Assembly (NCBI GenBank): GCA_964016885.1
Contig: OZ024744.1
Span: 18,476,001-18,540,000, forward strand
Direction of reading: 5' to 3'
Origin: Eledone cirrhosa
Lineage: Eukaryota
DNA: 64,000 nt
Part shown: positions 12,001-24,425 of the stretch, in pieces
Numbering within the stretch: the stretch's first letter is position 1
Layout: the number at the start of each line of letters is the position of its first letter
Notes under the pieces: model-generated
Database searches by the model: none
What the model was told of the DNA's origin: nothing
What the model saw: the letters and a program-made list of their open reading frames with translations, nothing else
Translations under genes and position numbers: made by a program

Positions 12001-15000
12001 TCACTGTGTATGTCACTGTGTGTTTCTGTATGTCTGTGTCACTGTGTATGTCATTGTATCTTTGTGTATGTCTGTGTCACTGTGTATGTCACTGTATGTT
12101 TCTGTAAGTTTGTGTCACTGTGTATGTCACTGTGTGTTTCTGTATGTCTGTGTCTCTGTGTATGTCACTGTATGTTTCTGTATGTCTGTTTCACTGTGTA
12201 TGTCACTGTGTCTTTATGTATGCCTGTGTCACTCTGTATGTCACTGTATATTTCTGTATGTCTGTGTCACTGTGTATGTCACTGTATGTTTCTGTATGTT
12301 TGTGTCACTGTGTATGTCACTGTATGTTTCTGTATGTCTGTTTCACTGTGTATGTCACTGTGTCTTTATGTATGTCTGTGTCACTCTGTATGTCACTGTA
12401 TATTTCTGTATGTCTGTGTCACTGTGTATGTCACTGTATGTTTCTGTATGTCTGTGTCACTGTGTATGTCACTGTATGTTTCTGGATGTCTGTGTCACTC
12501 TGTATGTCACTGTATATTTCTGTATGTCTGTGTCACTCTGTATGTCACTGTATGTTTCTGTACGTCTGTGTCACTGTGTATGTCACTGTATGTTTCTGTA
12601 TGTCTATGTCACTGTGTATGTCACTCTATGTTTCTGTATGTCTGTTTCAATGTGTATGTCACTGTGTGTTTCTGTATGTCTGTGTCACTCTGTATGTCAC
12701 TGTATATTTCTGTATGTCTGTGTCACTGTGTATGTCACTGTATGTTTCTGTATGTCTGTGTCACTGTGTATGTCACTGGGTGTTTCTGTATGTCTGTGTC
12801 ACTGTATATGTCACTGTATCTTTGTGTATGCCTGTGTCACTGTTTATGTCACTGTATGTTTCTGTATGTCTGTTTCACTGTGTATGTCACTGTATATTTG
12901 TGTATGTCTGTGTCACTCTGTATGTCACTGTGTGTTTCTGTATGTCTGTGTCACTATGTATGCCACTGTATGTTTGTGTTATCTGTGTCATTGTGTATGT
13001 CACTGGGTGTTTCTGTATGTCTGTGTCACTGTGTATGACACTGTGTGTTTCTGTATGTATGTATCACTGTGTATGTCACTGTGTTTCTGTATGTCTGTGT
13101 CACTATGTAAGTCATTGTATCTTTGTGTATGTCTGTGCCACTCTGTATGTTGTTGTGTGTTTCTGTATGTATGTGTCTCTGTGTATGTCACTGTATCTTT
13201 GTGTATGTATGTGTCACTGTGTATGTTACTGTGAGTTTATGTATGTCTGTGTCACTGTGTATGTCACTGTATGTCTATGTATGTCTGTGTCACTATCTAT
13301 GTCACTGTATCTTTGTGTATGTCTGTATCACTGTGTATGTCACTGTGTGTTTATGTATGTCTGTGTCTCTGTGTATGTCACTGTATCTTTGCGTATGTCT
13401 GCGTCACTGTGTATGTCACTGTGTGTTTCTGTATGCCTGTGTCACTGTGTATGTCACAGTGTGTTTCTGTATATCTCTCTCTCTGTGTATGTCACTGTAT
13501 CTTTGTGTATGTCTGTGTCACTGTGTATGTCACTGTATGTTTCTGTATGTATGTTTCACTGTGTATGTCACTAAATGTTTGTGTGTGTCTGTGTCTCTGT
13601 GTATGTCACTGTGTGTTTGCGTGTGTCTGTGTCACTGTGTATGTCACTGTTTGTTTGTGTATGTCTGTGTCGCTGTGTGTGTTTCTGTAAGTCTGTGTCA
13701 CTGTGTATGTCATTGCATCTTTGTGTATGTCTGTGTCACTCTGTATGTCACTGTGTGTTTCTGCATGTCTGTGTCACTGTGTATGTCACTGTGTGTTTCT
13801 GTATCTCTGTGTCACTGTCTATGTCACTGTATGTTTCTGAATGTCTGTGTCACTGTGTATGTCACTGTGTATTTCTGTATGTCTGTGTCACGGTGTATGT
13901 CATTGTATGTTTGTGTGTGTCTGTGTCACCGTGTATGTCACTGTGTGTTTGTGTATGTCTGTGTCACTGTATGTTTCTGTATGTCTGTGTCACTGTGTAT
14001 GTCACTGTGTGTTTCTGTATGTCTGTGTCACTGTGTATGTCATTGTATCTTTGTGTATGTCTGTGTCACTGTGTATGTCACTGTATGTTTCTGTATGTTT
14101 GTGTCACTGTGTATGTCACAGTGTGTTTCTGTATGTCTGTGTCTCTGTGTATGTCACTGTATGTTTCTGTATGTCTGTTTCACTGTGTATGTCACTGTGT
14201 CTTTATGTATGTCTGTGTCACTCTGTATGTCACTGTATATTTCTGTATGTCTGTGTCACTGTGTATGTCACTGTATGTTTCTGTACGTTTGTGTCACTGT
14301 GTATGTCACTGTATGTTTCTGTATGTCTGTGTCACTGTGTATGTCACTGTATGTTTCTGTATGTCTGTTTCAATGTGTATGTCACTGTGTGTTTCTGTAT
14401 GTCTGTGTCACTCTGTATGTCACTGTATATTTCTGTATGTCTGTGTCACTGTGTATGTCACTGTATGTTTCTGTATGTCTATGTCACTGTGTATGTCACT
14501 GTGTGTTTCTGTATGTCTGTGTCACTGTATATGTCACTGTATCTTTGTGTATGCCTGTGTCACTGTTTATGTCACTGTATGTTTCTGTATGTCTGTGTCA
14601 CTGTGTATGTCACTGTATATTTGTGTATGTCTGTGTCACTCTGTATGTCACTGTGTGTTTCTGTATGTCTGTGTCACTATGTATGCCACTGTATGTTTGT
14701 GTTATCTGTCTCATTGTGTATGTCACTGGGTGTTTCTGTATGTCTGTGTCACTGTGTATGACACTGTGTGTTTCTGTATGTATGTATCACTGTGTATGTC
14801 ACTGTGTTTCTGTATGTCTGTGTCACTATGTAAGTCATTGTATCTTTGTGTATGTCTGTGGCACTCTGTATGTTGTTGTGTGTTTCTGTATGTATGTGTC
14901 TCTGTGTATGTCACTGTATCTTTGTGTATGTATGTGTCACTGTTTATGTTACTGTGAGTTTATGTATGTCTGTGTCACTGTGTATGTCACTGTATGTCTA

Positions 15001-18000
15001 TGTATGTCTGTGTCACTGTCTATGTCACTGTATCTTTGTGTATGTCTGTGTCACTGTGTATGTCACAGTGTGTTTCTGTATATCTGTGTCTCTGTGTATG
15101 TCACTGTATCTTTGTGTATGTCTGTGTCACTGTGTATGTCACAGTATGTTTCTGTATGTATGTTTCACTGTGTATGTCACTAAATGTTTGTGTGTGTCTG
15201 TGTCTCTGTGTATGTCACTGTGTGTTTGCGTGTGTCTGTGTCACTGTGTATGTCACTGTTTGTTTGTGTATGTCTGTGTCACTGTGTGTGTTTCTGTAAG
15301 TCTGTGTCACTGTGTATGTCATTGCATCTTTGTGTATGTCTGTGTCACTCTGTATGTCACTGTGTGTTTCTGCATGTCTGTGTCACTGTGTATGTCACTG
15401 TGTGTTCCTGTATGTCTGTGTCACTGTGTATGTCACTGTATGTTTCTGTATGTCTGTTTCACTGTGTATATCACTGTGTGTTTCTGTATGTCTGTGTCAC
15501 TGTATATGTCACTGTATCTTTGTGTATGCCTGTGTCACTGTCTATGTCACTGTATGTTTCTGTATGTCTGTTTCACTGTGTATGTCACTGTATATTTGTG
15601 TATGTCTGTGTCACTCTGTATGTCACTGTGTGTTTCTGTATGTCTGTGTCACTATGTATGCCACTGTATGTATGTATCACTGTGTATGTCACTGTGTGTA
15701 TCTGTATGTCTGTGTCACTGTGTAAGTCATTGTATCTTTGTGTATGTCTGTGGCACTCTGTATGTCGTTGTGTGTTTCTGTATGTATGTGTCTCTGTGTA
15801 TGTCACTGTATATTTGTATATGTATGGGTCACTGTCTATGTCATGGGAGTTTCTCTATGTCTGTGTCACTGTGTATGTCACTGTATGTCTCTGTATGTCT
15901 GTGTCACTGTCTATGTCACTGTATATTTGTGTATGTCTGTGTCACTGTGTATGTCACTGTATCTTTGTGTATGTCTGCGTCACTGTGTATGTCACTGTGT
16001 GTTTCTGTATGTCTGTGTCACTGTGTATGTCACAGTGTGTTTCTGTATATATGTGTCTCTGTGTATGTCACTGTATCTTTGTGTATGTCTGTGTCACTGT
16101 GTTTTTCTGTATGTCTGTGTCACTGCGTATGTCACTGTATGTTTGTGTGTGTCTGTGTCACTCTGTATGTCAATGTCTCTGTGTGTTTCTGTATGTCTGT
16201 GTCTCTGTGTATGTCACTGTATCTTTGTGTATGTATGTGTCACTGTGTATGTCACTGTGTGTTTCTGTATGTCTGTGTCACTGTGTATATCACTGTGTGT
16301 TTCTGTATATCTGTGTCTCTGTGTATGTCACTGTATCTTTGTGTATGTCTGGGTCACTGTGTATGTCACTGTATATTTGTGTATGTCTGTGTCACGGTGT
16401 ATATCACTGTATATTTGTGTATGTCTGTGTCACTGTGTATGTCACTGTATGTTTCTGTATGTCTGTGTCACTGTGTATATCAATGTGTGTTTCTGTATCT
16501 CTGTGTCACGGTGTATGTCACTGCATGTTTGTGTATGTCTGTGTCACTGTGTATGTCACTGTGTGTTTCTGTATGTCTGTGTCACTGTGTATGTCATTGT
16601 ATCTTTGTGTATGTCTGTGTCACTGTGTATGTCACTGTATGTTTCTGTAAGTTTGTGTCACTGTGTATGTCACTGTGTGTTTCTGTATGTCTGTGTCTCT
16701 GTGTATGTCACTGTATGTTTCTGTATGTCTGTTTCACTGTGTATGTCACTGTGTCTTTATGTATGCCTGTGTCACTCTGTATGTCACTGTATATTTCTGT
16801 ATGTCTGTGTCACTGTGTATGTCACTGTATGTTTCTGTATGTTTGTGTCACTGTGTATGTCACTGTATGTTTCTGTATGTCTGTTTCACTGTGTATGTCA
16901 CTGTGTCTTTATGTATGTCTGTGTCACTCTGTATGTCACTGTATATTTCTGTATGTCTGTGTCACTGTGTATGTCACTGTATGTTTCTGTATGTCTGTGT
17001 CACTGTGTATGTCACTGTATGTTTCTGGATGTCTGTGTCACTCTGTATGTCACTGTATATTTCTGTATGTCTGTGTCACTCTGTATGTCACTGTATGTTT
17101 CTGTACGTCTGTGTCACTGTGTATGTCACTGTATGTTTCTGTATGTCTATGTCACTGTGTATGTCACTCTATGTTTCTGTATGTCTGTTTCAATGTGTAT
17201 GTCACTGTGTGTTTCTGTATGTCTGTGTCACTCTGTATGTCACTGTATATTTCTGTATGTCTGTGTCACTGTGTATGTCACTGTATGTTTCTGTATGTCT
17301 GTGTCACTGTGTATGTCACTGGGTGTTTCTGTATGTCTGTGTCACTGTATATGTCACTGTATCTTTGTGTATGCCTGTGTCACTGTTTATGTCACTGTAT
17401 GTTTCTGTATGTCTGTTTCACTGTGTATGTCACTGTATATTTGTGTATGTCTGTGTCACTCTGTATGTCACTGTGTGTTTCTGTATGTCTGTGTCACTAT
17501 GTATGCCACTGTATGTTTGTGTTATCTGTGTCATTGTGTATGTCACTGGGTGTTTCTGTATGTCTGTGTCACTGTGTATGACACTGTGTGTTTCTGTATG
17601 TATGTATCACTGTGTATGTCACTGTGTTTCTGTATGTCTGTGTCACTATGTAAGTCATTGTATCTTTGTGTATGTCTGTGCCACTCTGTATGTTGTTGTG
17701 TGTTTCTGTATGTATGTGTCTCTGTGTATGTCACTGTATCTTTGTGTATGTATGTGTCACTGTGTATGTTACTGTGAGTTTATGTATGTCTGTGTCACTG
17801 TGTATGTCACTGTATGTCTATGTATGTCTGTGTCACTATCTATGTCACTGTATCTTTGTGTATGTCTGTATCACTGTGTATGTCACTGTGTGTTTATGTA
17901 TGTCTGTGTCTCTGTGTATGTCACTGTATCTTTGCGTATGTCTGCGTCACTGTGTATGTCACTGTGTGTTTCTGTATGCCTGTGTCACTGTGTATGTCAC

Positions 18001-21000
18001 AGTGTGTTTCTGTATATCTCTCTCTCTGTGTATGTCACTGTATCTTTGTGTATGTCTGTGTCACTGTGTATGTCACTGTATGTTTCTGTATGTATGTTTC
18101 ACTGTGTATGTCACTAAATGTTTGTGTGTGTCTGTGTCTCTGTGTATGTCACTGTGTGTTTGCGTGTGTTTGTGTCACTGTGTATGTCACTGTTTGTTTG
18201 TGTATGTCTGTGTCGCTGTGTGTGTTTCTGTAAGTCTGTGTCACTGTGTATGTCATTGCATCTTTGTGTATGTCTGTGTCACTCTGTATGTCACTGTGTG
18301 TTTCTGCATGTCTGTGTCACTGTGTATGTCACTGTGTGTTTCTGTATCTCTGTGTCACTGTCTATGTCACTGTATGTTTCTGAATGTCTGTGTCACTGTG
18401 TATGTCACTGTGTATTTCTGTATGTCTGTGTCACGGTGTATGTCATTGTATGTTTGTGTGTGTCTGTGTCACCGTGTATGTCACTGTGTGTTTGTGTATG
18501 TCTGTGTCACTGTATGTTTCTGTATGTCTGTGTCACTGTGTATGTCACTGTGTGTTTCTGTATGTCTGTGTCACTGTGTATGTCATTGTATCTTTGTGTA
18601 TGTCTGTGTCACTGTGTATGTCACTGTATGTTTCTGTATGTTTGTGTCACTGTGTATGTCACAGTGTGTTTCTGTATGTCTGTGTCTCTGTGTATGTCAC
18701 TGTATGTTTCTGTATGTCTGTTTCACTGTGTATGTCACTGTGTCTTTATGTATGTCTGTGTCACTCTGTATGTCACTGTATATTTCTGTATGTCTGTGTC
18801 ACTGTGTATGTCACTGTATGTTTCTGTACGTCTGTGTCACTGTGTATGTCACTGTATGTTTCTGTATGTCTGTGTCACTGTGTATGTCACTGTATGTTTC
18901 TGTATGTCTGTTTCAATGTGTATGTCACTGTGTGTTTCTGTATGTCTGTGTCACTCTGTATGTCACTGTATATTTCTGTATGTCTGTGTCACTGTGTATG
19001 TCACTGTATGTTTCTGTATGTCTATGTCACTGTGTATGTCACTGTGTGTTTCTGTATGTCTGTGTCACTGTATATGTCACTGTATCTTTGTGTATGCCTG
19101 TGTCACTGTTTATGTCACTGTATGTTTCTGTATGTCTGTGTCACTGTGTATGTCACTGTATATTTGTGTATGTCTGTGTCACTCTGTATGTCACTGTGTG
19201 TTTCTGTATGTCTGTGTCACTATGTATGCCACTGTATGTTTGTGTTATCTGTCTCATTGTGTATGTCACTGGGTGTTTCTGTATGTCTGTGTCACTGTGT
19301 ATGACACTGTGTGTTTCTGTATGTATGTATCACTGTGTATGTCACTGTGTTTCTGTATGTCTGTGTCACTATGTAAGTCATTGTATCTTTGTGTATGTCT
19401 GTGGCACTCTGTATGTTGTTGTGTGTTTCTGTATGTATGTGTCTCTGTGTATGTCACTGTATCTTTGTGTATGTATGTGTCACTGTTTATGTTACTGTGA
19501 GTTTATGTATGTCTGTGTCACTGTGTATGTCACTGTATGTCTATGTATGTCTGTGTCACTGTCTATGTCACTGTATCTTTGTGTATGTCTGTGTCACTGT
19601 GTATGTCACAGTGTGTTTCTGTATATCTGTGTCTCTGTGTATGTCACTGTATCTTTGTGTATGTCTGTGTCACTGTGTATGTCACAGTATGTTTCTGTAT
19701 GTATGTTTCACTGTGTATGTCACTAAATGTTTGTGTGTGTCTGTGTCTCTGTGTATGTCACTGTGTGTTTGCGTGTGTCTGTGTCACTGTGTATGTCACT
19801 GTTTGTTTGTGTATGTCTGTGTCACTGTGTGTGTTTCTGTAAGTCTGTGTCACTGTGTATGTCATTGCATCTTTGTGTATGTCTGTGTCACTCTGTATGT
19901 CACTGTGTGTTTCTGCATGTCTGTGTCACTGTGTATGTCACTGTGTGTTCCTGTATGTCTGTGTCACTGTGTATGTCACTGTATGTTTCTGTATGTCTGT
20001 TTCACTGTGTATATCACTGTGTGTTTCTGTATGTCTGTGTCACTGTATATGTCACTGTATCTTTGTGTATGCCTGTGTCACTGTCTATGTCACTGTATGT
20101 TTCTGTATGTCTGTTTCACTGTGTATGTCACTGTATATTTGTGTATGTCTGTGTCACTCTGTATGTCACTGTGTGTTTCTGTATGTCTGTGTCACTATGT
20201 ATGCCACTGTATGTATGTATCACTGTGTATGTCACTGTGTGTATCTGTATGTCTGTGTCACTGTGTAAGTTATTGTATCTTTGTGTATGTCTGTGGCACT
20301 CTGTATGTCGTTGTGTGTTTCTGTATGTATGTGTCTCTGTGTATGTCACTGTATATTTGTATATGTATGGGTCACTGTCTATGTCATGGGAGTTTCTCTA
20401 TGTCTGTGTCACTGTGTATGTCACTGTATGTCTCTGTATGTCTGTGTCACTGTCTATGTCACTGTATATTTGTGTATGTCTGTGTCACTGTGTATGTCAC
20501 TGTATTTTTGTGTATGTCTGCGTCACTGTGTATGTCACTGTGTGTTTCTGTATGTCTGTGTCACTGTGTATGTCACAGTGTGTTTCTGTATATATGTGTC
20601 TCTGTGTATGTCACTGTATCTTTGTGTATGTCTGTGTCACTGTGTTTTTCTGTATGTCTGTGTCACTGCGTATGTCACTGTATGTTTGTGTGTGTCTGTG
20701 TCACTCTGTATGTCAATGTCTCTGTGTGTTTCTGTATGTCTGTGTCTCTGTGTATGTCACTGTATCTTTGTGTATGTATGTGTCACTGTGTATGTCACTG
20801 TGTGTTTCTGTATGTCTGTGTCACTGTGTATATCACTGTGTGTTTCTGTATATCTGTGTCTCTGTGTATGTCACTGTATCTTTGTGTATGTCTGGGTCAC
20901 TGTGTATGTCACTGTATATTTGTGTATGTCTGTGTCACGGTGTATATCACTGTATATTTGTGTATGTCTGTGTCACTGTGTATGTCACTGTATGTTTCTG

Positions 21001-21570
21001 TATGTCTGTGTCACTGTGTATATCAATGTGTGTTTCTGTATCTCTGTGTCACGGTGTATGTCACTGCATGTTTGTGTATGTCTGTGTCACTGTGTATGTC
21101 ACTGTGTGTTTCTGTATGTCTGTGTCACTGTGTATGTCATTGTATCTTTGTGTATGTCTGTGTCACTGTGTATGTCACTGTATGTTTCTGTAAGTTTGTG
21201 TCACTGTGTATGTCACTGTGTGTTTCTGTATGTCTGTGTCTCTGTGTATGTCACTGTATGTTTCTGTATGTCTGTTTCACTGTGTATGTCACTGTGTCTT
21301 TATGTATGCCTGTGTCACTCTGTATGTCACTGTATATTTCTGTATGTCTGTGTCACTGTGTATGTCACTGTATGTTTCTGTATGTTTGTGTCACTGTGTA
21401 TGTCACTGTATGTTTCTGTATGTCTGTTTCACTGTGTATGTCACTGTGTCTTTATGTATGTCTGTGTCACTCTGTATGTCACTGTATATTTCTGTATGTC
21501 TGTGTCACTGTGTATGTCACTGTATGTTTCTGTATGTCTGTGTCACTGTGTATGTCACTGTATGTTTCTG
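1..21570. repeat. Higher-order repeat, 4,543 bp unit (about 120 monomers), about 4.75 near-identical tandem copies visible
   Basis: Identical ORFs recur at exact 4,543 bp offsets (1217/5760/10303/14846/19389; 1094/5637/10180/14723/19266). Rare markers GTCATGGGAG (2211, 6754, 11297, 15840, 20383) and TATCTCTCTCTC recur in phase. The period breaks at 21571, where the CTGGATG variant expected from 3399 is absent. Confidence 0.97.
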
Positions 21571-23416
21571 TATGTTTGTGTCACTGTGTATGTCACTGTA
21601 TGTTTCTGTATGTCTGTTTCACTGTGTATGTCACTGTGTGTTTCTGTATGTCTGTGTCACTCTGTATGTCACTGTATATTTCTGTATGTCTGTGTCACTG
21701 TGTATGTCACTGTATGTTTCTGTATGTCTGTGTCACTGTATATGTCACTGTATCTTTGTGTATGCCTGTGTCACTGTTTATGTCACTGTATGTTTCTGTA
21801 TGTCTGTTTCACTGTGTATGTCACTGTATATTTGTGTATGTCTGTGTCACTCTGTATGTCACTGTGTGTTTCTGTATGTCTGTGTCACTATGTATGCCAC
21901 TGTATGTTTGTGTTATCTGTGTCACTGTGTATGACACTGTGTGGTTCTGTATGTATGTATCACTGTGTGTTTCTGTATGTCTGTGTCACTATGTAAGTCA
22001 TTGTATCTTTGTGTATGTCTGTGGCACTCTGTATGTTGTTGTGTGTTTCTGTATGTATGTGTCTCTGTGTATGTCACTGTATCTTTGTGTATGTATGTGT
22101 CACTATGTATGTCACTGTATGTCTATGTATGTCTGTGTCACTGTCTATCTCACTGTATCTTTGTGTATGTCTGTATCACTGTGTATGTCACTGTGTGTTT
22201 ATGTAAGTCTGTGTCTCTGTGTATGTCACTGTATCTTTGCGTATGTCTGCGTCACTGTGTATGTCACTGTGTGTTTCTGTATGTCTGTGTCACTGTGTAT
22301 GTCACAGTGTGTTTCTGTATATCTGTATCTCTGTGTATGTCACTGTATCTTTGTGTATGTCTGTGTCACTGTGTATGTCACTGTATGTTTCTGTATGTAT
22401 GTTTCACTGTGTATGTCACTAAATGTTTGTGTGTGTCTGTGTCTCTGTGTATGTCACTGTGTGTTTGCGTGTGTCTGTGTCACTGTGTATGTCACTGTGT
22501 GTTTCTGTATGTCTGTGTGACTGTGTATGTCACTGTTTGTTTGTGTATGTCTGTGTCACTGTGTGTGTTTCTGTATGTCTGTGTCACTGTGTATGTCATT
22601 GTATCTTTGTGTATGTCTGTGTCACTCTGTATGTCACTGTGTGTTTCTGCATGTCTGTGTCACTGTGTATGTCACTGTGTGTTCATGTATGTCTGTGTCA
22701 CTGTGTATGTCACTGTATGTTTCTGTATGTCTGTTTCACTGTGTATATCACTGTGTGTTTCTGTATGTCTGTGTCATTGTATATGTCACTGTATCTTTGT
22801 GTATGCCTGTGTCACTGTCTATGTCACTGTATGTTTCTGTATGTCTGTTTCACTGTGTATGTCACTGTATATTTGTGTATGTCTGTGTCACTCTGTATGT
22901 CACTGTGTGTTTCTGTATGTCTGTGTCACTATGTATGCCACTGTATGTTTGTGTTGTCTGTGTCATTGTGTATGACACTGTGTCTCTGTGTATGTCACTG
23001 TATCTTTGTGTATGCCTGTGTCACAGTGTGTTTCTGTATGTCTGTGTCACTGTGTATGTCACTGTATGTGTGTGTGTGTCTGTGTCACTGTGTATGTCAC
23101 TGTGTGTTTGTGTATGTCTGTGTCACTGTATGTTTCTGTATGTCTGTGTCACTGTGTATGTCACTGTTTGTTTCTGTATGTATGTGTCACTGTGTATGTC
23201 ACCGTATGTGTGTGTATGTCTGTGTCACGGTGTATGTCACTGTATCTATGTGTATGCCTGTGTCACTGTGTATGTCACTGTGTGTTTCTCTATGTCTGTG
23301 TCACTGTGTATGTCACTGTATGTTTGTGTGTGTCTGTGTCACTGTGTATGTCAATGTCTCTGTGTGTTTCTGTATGTCTGTGTCTCTGTGTATGTCACTG
23401 TATCTTTGTGTATGTA

Positions 23417-23770
23417 TGTGTCACTGTGTATGTCACTGTGTGTTTCTGTATGTCTGTGTCACTGTGTATACCACTGTGTGTTTCTGTATATCTGTGTCTC
23501 TGTGTATGTCGCTGTATCTTTGTGTATGACTGGGTCACTGTGTATGTCATTGTATATTTGTGTATGTCTGTGTCACGGTGCATATCACTGTATGTTTGTG
23601 TATGTCTGTGTCACTGTGTATGTCACTGTGTGTTTCTGTATGTCTGTGTCACTGTGTATACCACTGTGTGTTTCTGTATATCTGTGTCTCTGTGTATGTC
23701 GCTGTATCTTTGTGTATGACTGGGTCACTGTGTATGTCATTGTATATTTGTGTATGTCTGTGTCACGGTG
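23417..23770. repeat. 190 bp (5-monomer) local duplication, repeated again at +7,259
   Basis: TATACCAC, GTCGCTG and GTATGACTGGG each appear twice, 190 bp apart (23461/23651). Confidence 0.93.
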
Positions 23771-24425
23771 TATGTCACTGCACGTTTGTGTATGTCTGTG
23801 TGACTGTGTATGTCAATGTGTGTTTCTGTATGGCTGTGTCACTGTGTATGTCACTGTATCTTTGTGTATGTCTGTGTCACTGTGTATGTCACAGTGTGTT
23901 TCTGCATGTCTGTGTCACTGTATGTTTCTGAATGTCTGTGTCACTGTGTATATCACTGTGTGTTTCTGTATGTCTGTGTCACGGTGTATGTCACTGTATG
24001 TTTGTGTGTGACTGTGTCACTGTGTATGTCACTGTGTGTTTGTGTATGTCTGTGTCACTGTATGTTTGTGTATGTCTGTGTCACTGTGTATGTCCCTGTA
24101 TGTTTCTGTATGTCTGTGTCACTGTGTATATCAATGTGTGTTTCTGTATCTCTGTGTCACGGTGTATGTCACTGCACGTTTGTGTATGTCTGTGTGACTG
24201 TGTATGTCAATGTGTGTTTCTGTATGGCTGTGTCACTGTGTATGTCACTGTATCTTTGTGTATGTCTGTGTCACTGTGTATGTCACAGTGTGTTTCTGCA
24301 TGTATGTGTCACTGTATGTTTCTGAATGTCTGTGTCACTGTGTATGTCACTGTGTGTTTCTGTATGTCTGTGTCACGGTGTATGTCACTGTATGTTTGTG
24401 TGTGACTGTGTCACTGTGTATGTCA
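23757..24425. repeat. 394 bp local duplication (9x38 + 2x26), repeated again at +7,259
   Basis: CTGCACGTTT, TATGGCTG and CTGAATG recur at +394. ORF pairs 23810/24204 and 23932/24326. Confidence 0.9.

Noticed and set aside
660-20506. All four HOR-copy differences found are C/T at TpC, suggesting APOBEC-like editing
   Set aside because: The sample is only four sites found by eye, four of six consensus cytosines are already in a TpC context, and T is a common variant at such positions elsewhere in the array, so conversion explains it equally well.
23064-23080. Z-DNA-forming (TG)n tracts
   Set aside because: Alternating purine-pyrimidine runs are broken by TC or TT about every 8-16 bp, so no long perfect tract is present.
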